A stretch of 63,044 bases of DNA, filler included, from Octopus bimaculoides (GCF_001194135.2; 6 parts of 6 records of this genome joined end to end with filler, not necessarily neighbours in it); one strand, 5' to 3'. Shown: positions 1-16,330, numbered from the whole stretch's first letter. A program made the numbers and translations. The notes: generated by a model not told the origin, from the letters alone.

Positions 1-527
1 TATATATATATATATATATGCGTATATGTAGGTATATATGTATGTACGTACGCGTGTATGTGTATATACATATGCAAATGCACGCGTGCGTGTGTGAGGT
101 TAGATATGAGATAGATGTCGTTCTTAGTTAAGGGAGGAAACGTGGGATTAGTCTACAGGAATGATGTTATCTGTATTATATAAAAATGTGATTTGTTACA
201 CTTGGCCATGTGTTTTAATCAATAGAAGCTTGAGAAAAGTATGAGATCGTGCAACGAATGAAATGTACGTCGAAAGAATGAAATACGCTCTACGAGATTT
301 TCAGTTGTTGATGTTAAAATGATTTTTAGATTAAAATGAATTAAATTACGTAGGAGAGTATAACTTGTAGGAGAGATGATATATTTCGGTCTAAGTTCAT
401 TCTTATCACTCAGGTGTCGTTAGAATAGCTGAGTTCGTTGAGCAAAACAGGAAAAGAAAGGAAAATATAGAAGGAAATGGTTTTCGTATTTAGATAATTG
501 TAATTAGATGCTGAGATATTTATAATA

Positions 528-698
528 GGCGCAGGAGTGGCTGTGTGGTAAGTAGCTTGCTTACCAACCACATGGTTCCGGGTTCATTCCCACTGCGTGG
601 CACCTTGGCCAAGTGTCTTCTACTATAGCCTCGGGCCGACCAAAGCCTTGTGTGTGAATTTGGTAGACGGAAACTGAAAGAAGCCCGTCGTATATATG

Positions 699-735
<37 letters not shown>

Positions 736-848
736 CTGTGTTTGTCCCCCCCCCCAACATCGCTTGACAACCGATGCTGGTGTGTTTAAGTCCCCGTCAA
801 TTAGCGGTTCGGCAAAAGAGACCGATAGAATAAGTACTAGGCTTCCAA
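528..848 (+). mobile_element. tRNA-derived SINE type A (head, internal TA microsatellite, partial tail)
   Basis: Starts GGCGCAGGAGTGGCTGTGTGGTAAG (A-box-like) and has GGTTCATTCCC (B-box-like). Near-identical to copies at 51670, 45805 and 33156. Confidence 0.9.
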
Positions 849-879
849 ATAATAATAATAATAATAATAATGTGAATAT

Positions 880-2200
880 GGATAATTTGGAATGTTATAG
901 CGAATAATATATGCATAAGAATCTATCAAAACACTTTATGGATAAAACAATCACCACACATGCTGTTTGATGTAAGCGTGGGAGTTACAGACTCAACAGA
1001 AATCAGTGATCTGGTCGGCACTTTCCTTATTCAACAAACTCAAATGTAAATTCTCGACCTTAAAAAGACTTCTATATAACATTGAACTGTTATTGTTGCT
1101 AAATGATTGCAATCTTCAGACTGCAGGAAGGATTAGAAAGATGCCTTAATTCTTTTCGAGGAATTTAGATTCCGTATAATTACTGAAATCGCTCAACACA
1201 AATTAGACTTGCTGACTGGACGTTTTTAAATCATCAACTCTCTTTAAGGAAACCAGAGTGGGTCTTTAAATTACATAAGCTGCTTACCTAACGACTCCAA
1301 AATATTATTAATAACCATGTTAAGAACATTTCCCTTAAAATCATTAATATCTCTGCCAACTTACATATCATTAATGAAGCAACACCTTATTACAATCAAG
1401 CCCTTAAAAGAGTGGGGGCAAATAGAGAACTTACCACATAGGAACCGGCACAAACCAATCAATCACAAATAACAGTCACACTACAAATAGAATATACATA
1501 CATACATAAATAACCCCCCCCCCACGCAAACACACACACGTGCGCACATAACGTGGGATAACACACTGTTTAACTTCGTTGTAGCTAATCAAATATTCAG
1601 AATCTTTTCCCACCTCTTTAGGAATCCCCACTTACAGCACCGTTACGATAGAAATTTCAAGAAAATACCCATAAATTATCTTACTTTACTATACTTAATT
1701 TTGCAGAATTGCGAGCATCATCCCATTTAAAAAGATAATTTCTATAACTATGGTTGTTACAGGAATCCAAATTGAAACTATATGAAGCAGAGTAATTGCT
1801 CTTTAGACAAGTACCGAGTTAATGACATAATATTCCAACATAATGTTACCAGTAGCAATACATTATACACGCACACAAATATTTAAGTTCCACTGCTACA
1901 CCTTTTAAACTATGTTACAACAATCACACTCATGCATTTAGAAAACTGAAACATCACACCCAGAATTCATTCGAGTGGGAACAGAAAGACTGCTACAAAT
2001 GCTCTTAATTACACACGCAATTGGAAAATAGCATCCAAGTCACTATTATATGACGGAAAGAAGAAACCTTCCTAGTTATGCTGAAGGTAACCCTTAGCTA
2101 TCACGTTTTCCAACGGCAATCTACTAAGCAAACACAATAAAATGATTTCCACGTGTGACGCAGATTCAGAACACTATCTCTCTAATAAATCTGAACTTCA
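880..2200 (+). mobile_element. Decayed Penelope-like retroelement (RT core, thumb and GIY-YIG endonuclease remnants)
   Basis: In-frame WIKQSPHMLFDVSVGVTDSTEISDLVGTFLI (939-~1030) matches the FDVTMGSYDGAEVCELVG-type PLE RT motif. Later fragments ...GRIRK/FEEFRFRIITE, NEATPYYNQALK, FKLCYNNHTHAFRK and NWKIASKS follow PLE order. Many stops and frameshifts. Confidence 0.75.
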
Positions 2201-3131
2201 GTGTGAAGATAACCAGTATCCCACAACGTAAACTTATTCAAGTCATAAAAAGCTTACCAATAACGTTGGTTTAATTATTCAAAATAACACAACCATTGCT
2301 TCTATCCATACATTGTTTTGAAATTAGCTATATGCTCAGATACATGAAGTGAATATAATTATGTTCCCTATTTAGCTCACACAACCGCTTATTGATCTTT
2401 CCAAATCGTTTTGTGATCTCACAGTCCTCTCAGAAGGGCCCGTATTTAGGACTTGTTTCGTGATGAAAAACTAGATGATGACAGACTGGATGATGAGAGA
2501 TAAACCACTACCGAGATAAATCTTCTGTCTAACGCTATTAATTTTAATCAATGATTTCGCATATTTTCTTGCTGACAGCAGTGTACAATGATATTCCAGG
2601 TTTTTATTTTAAATTGTTATCTTTTAGAAAATAGCCGGATACTTTATCTACCCGATCATTCAGTATCAATGATAGAGCCTTTTACATCTGTGCATCTTCC
2701 GCTCGGTTATATCGATTAAAACCTACGTACTCGTAATGAATATTTTTTATTTCCTGACTGCCCTCCCTCTATAATTTACATTCCTTTTTACCTATCCTTT
2801 GACTTTGTGGTCATTGGGGCATTTAATGATAACCTCGCAACCAGATTTCGTTACTTCTCTCGGTCTTCTGCTATCCTCTGTGAGTCAGTAACCCGAGCGT
2901 TGACGGATCTGTTATGAGTTCTTGTCTGGTTGTCATAATCATGAATGTACCATGAGCTAGTCAGCTTAGTGGTGCCCTTTCCTCTCCAAGTGCGCATTAA
3001 ACACGGGTGCACCAAAAAGAAATCTGCTTACTTGTAGCCAATACACTTTATCTTCTCGGGGCTGCCCAACCTTTTCATTCTACATTAGTACAAGTTAAAC
3101 ACGGGTACATTTAAGACGATCTACAACTTAC

Positions 3132-3218
3132 CTGTAGTGAATACGTTACTGATCCACCCGGGCCATTGTCGGGGTCATATGTAGAGACGCTCTTTATAAC
3201 GGAACCAACTTTTGTGTT
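3132..3218 (-). CDS. Next internal exon of the same cadherin (start of EC2): NTKVGSVIKSVSTYDPDNGPGGSVTYSLQ
   Basis: 87-nt open exon with acceptor ttttttctctccaacag| and donor CAG|gtaagt, phase 0/0. It has the cadherin DxDxG motif and joins in frame to the 14381-14470 exon (SE|NT). It resembles, as recalled, CDH23 NTPVGTPIFIVNATDPDLGAGGSVLYSFQ and CDHR1 ...GSGGSVTYFLQ. Orthology (CDH23 vs CDHR1 vs Cad87A-like) cannot be decided from 59 aa. Confidence 0.93.
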
Positions 3219-5022
3219 CTGTTGGAGAGAAAAAAGTGAAGTAGAAAGAATTAACGATAAAATTAATTAGCAATTAATTAACAACATGTTAATTTTAGTT
3301 TCAAATTCTGGAACAAGGCGAACAATTTTGAGAGCTAGAGCATGTCGATCACATCGACCCCAGTGTTCAACTGGTACAGGTTTTATCGATCTTGAAAGGA
3401 TGAAAAGCAAAATCGACCTCGGCGGAAGTTGAGGGTAAGCAGTATGTTAATTTATCCCAGATACCCCGAAACTCAGCTTTACCAATCATCCATTTGGGAT
3501 GGTTATGTAACATACCAATCTATGCCAATGATTTTCAACCTTTTTAATATGAGAGTCAATTAGAGAAAAACTTATTAATATTTATAGAAGGGAAGACTAT
3601 CAGGAGCTGCCCCGAAAGGATACTCGAGGGCCACATGTGGCCATGGCAGCCACAGTGGAGAACTCTTGATGGAGGCCTTCGGTGGGGGGAATTCAAATTC
3701 ATCAGTGCACTTTAAATTCAAAACGTAAAGATCCGAAACACACACACACACACACAAAGGGTGCACCGGGTATTTGGGAACTGAATTTTGCGGGCCATCA
3801 ATGGAAGACGATCTAACGTAATGTTATGCAGCATGCGCCAAATCTAATCTTGTTTGCTCATCAAATGAAATACGCATTGTAAGATCGGTGACCATATTTG
3901 ATTAGATTTGATTTTAGTTCGAAAATTCTATGATGCTGATCGCATTATTGATTGTCGCAAAAAACATAACAAAAATAGAAAACAACGCCAGAAACAAAAG
4001 CAGTATTCGGAATTTTGAGAGTTGTTCTTAAAAATGGTTACTGACTGTCAGATAGCTATGGATATGCTACACTTAAAAAAAAAAAGGAATACATTGCCAG
4101 AGAGCTATGTGCATCCTGTATTTTAAAAAGATAAGAACAAACTTTGAAAGGGATATGGGGTACCGTGTATTTTCAAAAATAGTTAGAGACTACCACAGTG
4201 TTATAGGTACTCTGTATGTTTCAATAATAGGCAGAGACTCTTAGAGAGCTGAAGGCACCCTTTGTTTTTCAAATAATGCTACACATTGGTTTCAAATTTT
4301 GGCAAAAAGGGTAGCAATTTCGGTGAAGGGGTTAAATCGACCTCGGCGGAATTTGAACTCATTCCTGCGCCTAGTGAGTATTTTTCAAAAATAGGCACAG
4401 ACTGTCAAAGAGATAGAGCTACGCTGTATTTTATGAAACGGATTATAGTAGAGGGCTATCTTTGTTCTGTATTATTAGGTAGAGAGTACGTCAAAGCGTT
4501 ACGGTTGGGTACTCTGTGTTTTAAGAACCGACTTTGTCAAAGGCCAATTGGTACCCTGTATCCGGGACACGAACGATGTCGGAAACGTATGGTAGTTCAG
4601 TATCATTAAGTGCAACGAATATGAGAGAGCCTTTGGGTACTCTTTTATTTTTCGGTACGACTCTATGTCAAAGCGTTATATGCGTGGGTACCCTGTATCT
4701 TAGGAACGGGTTATATCATAGAGCTGTGCTAGCTTCGCAATATTACAAAACATAAATGACTGTAATTGAGATTGAGTGTTTCCAGCACAGAACCAAAGCT
4801 GCAAAATAACCGAAAAGAAAAAAAAAACAAAACGAAAAACGAAAAAAAAAAACCCCCCGAAAATATTCAAACGATGTTTTCTTTTACTATTTTATTAGTT
4901 TTGTTTTCTTCATAAAAATAATCAATTTTTATTTGCCATGCAACGATATATTTCTGCATTGCAACAGAGAACAATCATCTCACAACAAGTGAACAGCAGA
5001 AGAAAAGAAATGCTTTTTATTA

Positions 5023-5062
<40 letters not shown>

Positions 5063-5294
5063 CATTATTATTATTATTATTATCATTATTATATATTTGT
5101 TGTTTTCTTCATTGTTTGGTAAAAGACAAGCTTTAGCACCAGTGTCTACAGCGTTCATTAGTTGTCTTCAATTAATTGACGTCTGGTGTTGACATCGGTT
5201 CGGGTCACTTCTTCCTTAGTCTCTATCAAAAGTAACCAAGTCTGAAGGATTTCGTTCTCGCTGTTCAATGTTATATCAGTTATAGAGACGTCAG

Positions 5295-5332
<38 letters not shown>

Positions 5333-6802
5333 TATTGTGTGTGTGTGTGTGTGTGTGTTTGTGTTTGCATTGTGTGTATGTGAGTAGTTGTGAGTGTTTG
5401 CGCTTGTGTTCGTGTCTCTATGTTTGTGTGTATGTATGTATGTATGTATGTATGTATGAATGTATGGATGTGTGTGTATTTTGTGTGTATGCGTTGGTGT
5501 ATATATGTAGTTGTGGGTGTCCTTTGTACGTGAAATCCAGTCTCTGCGTTTCTGCATCTATGTGTATGTATATGTCAGTGTGTGACACACACACGTGCTC
5601 ACGTATATACATATACATATATATATATATGCATATACATATATACGTGTATGTATACACNNNNNNNNNNNNNNNNNNNNNNNNNNNNNNNNNNNNNNNN
5701 NNNNNNNNNNNNNNNNNNNNNNNNNNNNNNNNNNNNNNNNNNNNNNNNNNNNNNNNNNNNNNNNNNNNNNNNNNNNNNNNNNNNNNNNNNNNNNNNNNNN
5801 NNNNNNNNNNNNNNNNNNNNNNNNNNNNNNNNNNNNNNNNNNNNNNNNNNNNNNNNNNNNNNNNNNNNNNNNNNNNNNNNNNNNNNNNNNNNNNNNNNNN
5901 NNNNNNNNNNNNNNNNNNNNNNNNNNNNNNNNNNNNNNNNNNNNNNNNNNNNNNNNNNNNNNNNNNNNNNNNNNNNNNNNNNNNNNNNNNNNNNNNNNNN
6001 NNNNNNNNTATGTATATATACATATACAAGTATCATTGATATCACGACAAATGCAGCTGAACAAAGAAACAAGTAGAACATCATCATCATCAACAACAAC
6101 AACAGCAATAACAACCACACCAATAACCATCACAACAAAAAATAACCCTAATTCCTTAGGCAATTTTATTTCTGTTTCTTTTACCTCTTCTTCCTCCTCT
6201 TCTTTTCTTTCTCGTTCCACGTTCAAAACATTATACTTTTTGTTGTTAAAAAAAAACAATAAAAAAGTAACAAACAAAACTACTCCCTACACACACACAC
6301 ACACCTTATTTTAATAAAACACCCAAAACAAAAACAAAACAGAAAAAAAACGAAAAGAAGTCTTTACGCTCTTCTGTAATGGAGAGTATTAAGGACTAAA
6401 CAACTGTAAATGGCGGATGGCGAATCGCGCCTAATGATAGTGAACTAAGATGGAGGAATTGCTGGTAACAATAACAATAACAATAACATCAACAACAACA
6501 AAAAGCTACTGTATTCCACAGATATAAAGAAATAGAATAGAACAAAAACAAAACAAAACAAAACTGCTCATTATTGGATTTTTGTGAGTTTCAATGTTTT
6601 ATTGAAATTTTGATTGTGTTTTTGTTATTATTATTATTTTAGATTATTTTTTGTTGTTGAAGGGATCGATTGCAATTTTATAACACGACTTGAATTATAA
6701 ATGTCTGATTAAGTGTTTTTTTTTGTTTTTTGTTTTTATTCTTTCTATGTTGGTTTCTATCTTCTTTTTCTTTTTCTTATTTTATGCCATTTTGTTCTTC
6801 GG

Positions 6803-6834
<32 letters not shown>

Positions 6835-6914
6835 GCAGCTCTTGTTTTCTTTTCACAATTTCAAAAGCGCCACTGTAGCGCTGTAAAATAGCTTTAACAC
6901 ACGGGGAGATAACC

Positions 6915-10250
<3,336 letters not shown>

Positions 10251-10599
10251 TATGGAACGAAGAACATGGAACTAAAACTGAAGACATGAAAGCAACTAAA
10301 ATGGCTGCCGTCAGGTGAAAATCGCAGCATTAAAAAAAACAGCGGGAAATGAGCGTGGAGTGAGGGGAGTGTAAAGTAAATAGAGCGTGACGGTGAGCGT
10401 GTGTGTGTGTTGGTGGGTACAACTTGTGGAGTGTGACAGCGTTTCAATTGATTGTTGCGAATCAGCCGCCATCTTCTCATTATTTTCATCTTCAGCTTCG
10501 ACTCCATCGTCGCCGCCGTCGTCGTCACGTTTCACACTCTCTACCAAATACAGTATCGTCATCATCATCAATGTCGTCATTCTTGTCATCGCCGTCGTC

Positions 10600-10955
<356 letters not shown>

Positions 10956-11615
10956 TGCCTCCTTTCTTTCATTGCCTTCCTCTTCGATGTCTTCAACGAA
11001 TAACTTCTTTTTTTCTTTTTTTTATATCAGTCTCGCAATCTTTTTCGTCTCCATCTTTCTCTTTGTCCCTGCTCCGCCTCTCTCTCCCTCCCTCTCTCTC
11101 TCTCTCTCTCTGTCATTCTACTATTGTCTTTCTATTTGCATCTCTGTCTCTCTCTCTCTGTTCTTCGCTCAAAGTCTCCCTACTTTACTTCTCTTTCAGT
11201 TTCCATCTCTCTACCATTCACTATACCTATATCTCCACTTCGCCATCTCTATATCTCTTTCTCTATTTTCTCTCTCCCTCTGCCGCTCTATTATTGTATT
11301 TCTATTTGCGTCTCTCTCTCTCTTTCTGTCCTATTCTTCACCCAACGTTTCCCCATCTTTCTCCTCACCTCTCTTTCTGTTTCTATCTCTCTATTCTTTA
11401 CTATGTCGATATTTCTGTCTTGCTATAACTATACGTCTTTCTCTGTTCTCTCTCTCTCTCTCCCGCTCTGTCACTCTCTCTTTCTCTCTCTCCCCCTCTC
11501 TCTCTCTCCCGCTTTGTCATTCTTTCTATCTCTCTCTCTCTCTCTCTCTCTGTTCTATTTGACCTCATTTCATTTCACACGTCTTTAACATACGGATTTG
11601 ACTTTAATGCGATTT

Positions 11616-11720
11616 TCAGCTGACGTTCTGGACGTAAAATCCTGTAGCCGAATACTGCGTCGTTGAGTTAATTGCCTCAGCTAATGGAACATAATCCCAC
11701 ACATGCCGACAGTTATGTAG
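11616..11720 (-). other. Putative alternative terminal exon, copy 1 (LHNCRHVWDYVPLAEAINSTTQYSATGFYVQNVS*)
   Basis: Acceptor tcttgtgtgtgctttag|, phase-0 open frame to TGA, and ATTAAA 7 nt after the stop. Paralogous to 13784-13885. No expression evidence. Confidence 0.3.
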
Positions 11721-13783
11721 CTAAAGCACACACAAGACCGGCTTTTCATTAACACATGACAGTGGCAAAATAGTTAAAAACGAATCATCAAATGGATTTT
11801 GATGATCTTGTCACCTGGTTCCTACAAACGACAAATTCTGATTGGTTATGCTTTGTGGAGAGCAAATATATGAATGACTGCTCATTTGAATCATAAAAAA
11901 ATATTCGTAGAGCATCTTCATGTTGGATGAAGTTTGCAAATGACACATTTCCTACGCTAATGAAGATTTAGGTCGATGCACTATTAAATCTAAAGTAGCC
12001 AGCTGGCAGAATCGCGAGCGCATCGAACAAAATGCTTAGCGGATTTATTCTGGATCTTTACGTTCTAAGCTCAAATTCCATCGATGTCTGCTTTGCTTAT
12101 ATTCCTTCAGGGTCGATGAAATAAAGTACTAGTCAAATACTTGGTTCTGTGTAACCGACTTGTAACCGATTTGTTGCCGTTCCTCAAAATTTCTGGCTTT
12201 GAACCTTGCAGCGGGCCGGCGTCCCGTTCCAGGGGCCATGTTGAGATCTTGGTCACTTTTACCTCATGGAAACCGAGGGCCAGTGTTGAGTGGCCAGAAA
12301 CATTCTTTTACGTTGTGGACAGGAAGTGGATTTCGAAGCTGAAGAGAAGCTGCCAATGGTTTAGTCGCAAAATCGGACAGACGGGGTTTGGATAACCTGT
12401 TGAACAGTGATTAAATGCCCGTATCAACAAATGGACCTTGAGAGTCACGTGTAACATAGGTCACAAGGTTAAATTTGACACGTGATCTAATGACATTATG
12501 ACTCGGTGCTGGTGATCAGGTAGACAGACGCAAGATCGAGGATATTCTAAATCTAACCCTTACCAGGTTTTAACGGAAACATAGTTTATCAAGAGCAACA
12601 ATATTAGCTGTGTCCTTTTGTTGTTTAGGCTCTAGGTCGGACTGGACCCAAGAGATTCTCCTTTTGACCATCCCATCTGTTTTTTTTTTAACCAATCGCT
12701 GAACCACAATATACAATGCAGCCTTCCTTTTTAAAGAGAATAGCAAGCTAAGAACAGGAAGCTATGGGAGACTTGGCTACTATATCAGGAGAATAGGAAG
12801 CTGTGTGAGGGAGATTTGGTTGCTATTTTAGGAGAATACGAATATGTGCAAAGGAGATTTGGCTGCTAAGATACACGTGATTTAATGTTCACGTAACAGT
12901 AATCACTGTGACGGTTAGATCTCAAGGTTGCTTAGTTAAATCTGACCCTTGTGTTTCGGCGATCACATGACGGCGTTTATGTCAGAACATCAAGGTCACA
13001 TGGTTTTATGGCCACATATCAAAGTTTATGATGCAAAATCTGTGTTACCCGCATTATGTAGTTTAAAAAAAATTATACGTCATGAATATTGCAAACTGAA
13101 TATAGAAGCAACGAAAATAATATCTCGACAGTTTTATTTTACCAACGGATCATTTATTGGTTTACTGTCTTCAAGATGGCGACAGTGATAATGGGTATGC
13201 TGCCATCCTGCTATATTATTCTCTCTATATTTCTCCCTCTCCCTCTCTATTTCTCTCGTTTTTTCTTTCTCATTCTCTTTCCCTCTTTCTCTCTTTTTAT
13301 TTTGTCTCCCTCAGTCGGTCTCTCTCATTCATTTTTTGTCTTTCCGTCACTGTCTGTCTCTGTCTCCGTGTCTCTCTCTCTCTTTCTCTCTCTGCCTCTC
13401 TTTTGTCTCTCTCTCTTTCTCTCCCTGCCTCTCTTTTGTCTCTCTCTCTCTCATCATCTCTCTCTGTCTCCGCATCTCTCTCTTTCTCACTCTTCCTCTG
13501 CCTCTATTTCTCTGTCCTCTGTATGTCTTACTCTTTCTTGTCTCTCTTTATCTTTCTCAGTCTGTCTGTCTGTCTCTGTTTCTGCCTCTCTCTCTTTCTC
13601 TGTCTGTCTGTCTCTCTATCTCAGTCTCTCTCTTTCCCTATCTGTCTGTCTCTCCATCTCTCTCTCTCTTCCCCTCCCTCTCTTGCTCCTCCTCTCTCTC
13701 TTTCTCGCCCTTTCTGTCCTCATATATTCCATATTTCACTCTACAAGTTAATACGTGGATTTAATTTGACTTTAATGTAACTT

Positions 13784-13885
13784 TCAGCTGAGCTCCAGGC
13801 CATTAAATCCTCTGGCTGAAAACTGTGTCGTTGAGTTAATCATATTTACTAGAATATAATTATTAACATGCCAGCAGTTATATGG
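13784..13885 (-). other. Putative alternative terminal exon, copy 2 (PYNCWHVNNYILVNMINSTTQFSARGFNGLELS*)
   Basis: Acceptor acttag| in the same position as copy 1, open frame with one 3-nt indel relative to copy 1, same AGC-TGA end and ATTAAA 7 nt downstream. A competing CAG lies 6 nt upstream. Confidence 0.25.
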
Positions 13886-14069
13886 CTAAGTCTGACGCAA
13901 AGATAACCTTTAATCATCACATGACAATTGTTAAATAGTTAAAACTGGAACATCGTGTTGTTTTGATAGTCATGTGATCTGACAGCTACTAAGGATGAAT
14001 TCTGATTGGACATGCTTTGAAGGGAATAATTATATTACGTATTACTGATTACCTGTTGGAATTATAAAT

Positions 14070-14118
<49 letters not shown>

Positions 14119-14380
14119 GCCGAGGTCGACTTTGCCTTTCATCCTTTCGGGGTCGATAAATTAAGTACCAGTTACGCACTGGGTTCGATGTAATCGACTT
14201 AGTTCCTTTGTCTCTCCTTGTTTGTACCCTCTGTGTTTAGCCCTTTGTGAGTAATAAAGAATTAACAAAGGTTAGCCTAGTGTCCTGAACAGTACCGAAA
14301 AGCCGTCGATGGCACATGCTTCATTAGGAGCGATCGTCTTAAATAAACAGTAAGTTATTCTATCATATACAAGTACTTAC

Positions 14381-14470
14381 CTCTGAAACTGTTGCCTTGT
14401 ACGGCAAATTTCTGAATTCTGGTGCATTGTCGTTGACATCTTGTATATATAATGTAACTGTACGAGTAAC
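14381..14470 (-). CDS. Internal exon of a cadherin gene (CDH23/CDHR1-type; end of EC1 and linker): VTRTVTLYIQDVNDNAPEFRNLPYKATVSE
   Basis: 90-nt open exon with acceptor ctattctacatccgcag| and donor GAG|gtaagt, phase 0/0. It contains the Ca2+-binding linker motif DxNDNxPxF. It resembles, as recalled, CDH23 VITRKVNIQVGDVNDNAPTFHNQPYSVRIPE. Confidence 0.95.
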
Positions 14471-14599
14471 CTGCGGATGTAGAATAGCAGTATTCAAATT
14501 ATTCAACGTTCACGTCTGTATATAAGCATATACACATGCATACTAGTAAATATAAGTATTTTTGTAAAAAATTATATATGTATATATGTATATATATAC

Positions 14600-14649
<50 letters not shown>

Positions 14650-15022
14650 ATGTATATATATATATATACACACACACACACATACACATGTATATATATA
14701 TACGTATATATATGCGTATACATATATAATTATATACATGTATATATATATATATACAGATAGACACACAAGCATATATATATATATTCATATAAATGCA
14801 TGTACAAATCACATATGAGAGTGTGCATGTGTGTGTGTGTGTGTGTTCGTGTGTGTTCATGCAATGTTGTCATTCTCTCAAAATTGTACGCTTTTAAAAA
14901 TCATATACACAGGAAACCGGTAAAGTGTATCAAATTTAATGTCTATCAACTTTCATTATCTACTACTGTTTATTTTTAATAGCACAAATTTCTTATATAT
15001 ATATATACACACTCAAGCACAC

Positions 15023-15060
<38 letters not shown>

Positions 15061-15249
15061 ACATATATACATACATATATATATATATATANNNNNNNNN
15101 NNNNNNNNNNNNNNNNNNNNNNNNNNNNNNNNNNNNNNNNNNNNNNNNNNNNNNNNNNNNNNNNNNNNNNNNNNNNNNNNNNNNNNNNNNNNNNNNNNNN
15201 NNNNNNNNNNNNNNNNNNNNNNNNNNNNNNNNNNNNNNNNNNNNNNNNN

Positions 15250-15310
<61 letters not shown>

Positions 15311-15314
<4 letters not shown>

Positions 15315-15452
15315 GACGAGTTTCTTTCAGTTTCCGTCTACCAAGTCCACTCACGAAGCTTTGGTTGACCTAAAGCTATAGTAGAAGAAACTTGGCCAAG
15401 GTGCTACGCAGTGGGAATGAACCCGGAAGTATGTGGTTGGTCGGTAAGCTAC
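15311..15452 (-). mobile_element. SINE type A head fragment (similar fragments at ~21425-21580 -, 36280-36430 -, 51252-51370 -, 54195-54309 -, 57590-57725 +; tail fragments at ~38120-38300 -, 47650-47750 -, 49020-49180 +)
   Basis: Shared TTTCAGTTTCCGTCTACCAAATCCACTCACAAGGCTTTGGTCG...AGTGGGACTGAACCC motif. Confidence 0.8.
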
Positions 15453-15734
15453 TTGTATATGTATACAATGTTCTGGACATTTAAAAAATGTTAATGATAG
15501 ATCTATTATGTTGACTACGTATGACATTGAAAACTATTGATCTGATGGGGCATGAGTTCGTTTCCTGCCACAGGGAAGAAATTTCCTTCTAATTTGACAT
15601 ACAACCCCGCATACCACACATTCGTATTTCCTACATCTAGTAGCCAGCGTCTAGTTCATGCAAACTTCTACAGCTAACACCACCACCACCACCACCCAAA
15701 CCACCTCCACCACGACTACTACTACTACTTCTAT

Positions 15735-15770
<36 letters not shown>

Positions 15771-16230
15771 GGTATGTTTGTTTTTCCAATGCTAATATTG
15801 ATGTTTCGCGGGGACACACGGATCCAAAGCATATACACACACATACATATAACATGCACACACACACATAACAAACACACACAATACTCTCTCTCATACA
15901 CACACGCACACAAAAACACACACTCACACACGCATACACACACACGAATACACACAGAACACACAGTTTGCACCGGAAGTACTAGAGAGCTATTGATTTC
16001 GGAATGGGATAAAAATGATAAAAAATTGAGGAAATGTCTAAAGAAATGGTGTGATATTTATTCACACTTAGAACCACGGTCTGTGTGTATGTGTGTGTGT
16101 GCGTGTGCATGCCTTTGTGTGTGTATGTGTGTGTGTGTGTAGAGTGTATTAATTCTTTTGTTCTACCCACTTTCGCGTTTTTGCAAACCAAAGTAATGCG
16201 TTCATTGTTTCTTAACGTTGCATTATATAA

Positions 16231-16277
<47 letters not shown>

Positions 16278-16287
16278 NNNNNNNNNN

Positions 16288-16330
<43 letters not shown>

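Noticed and set aside
2760-2940. DFVVIGAFND resembling an APE-endonuclease GDFN motif
   Set aside because: Too degenerate; no second motif could be confirmed.
12141-12395. GC-richer 84-aa ORF within the cadherin intron
   Set aside because: No motif recognised in any frame; non-ATG start; begins next to a SINE B end.
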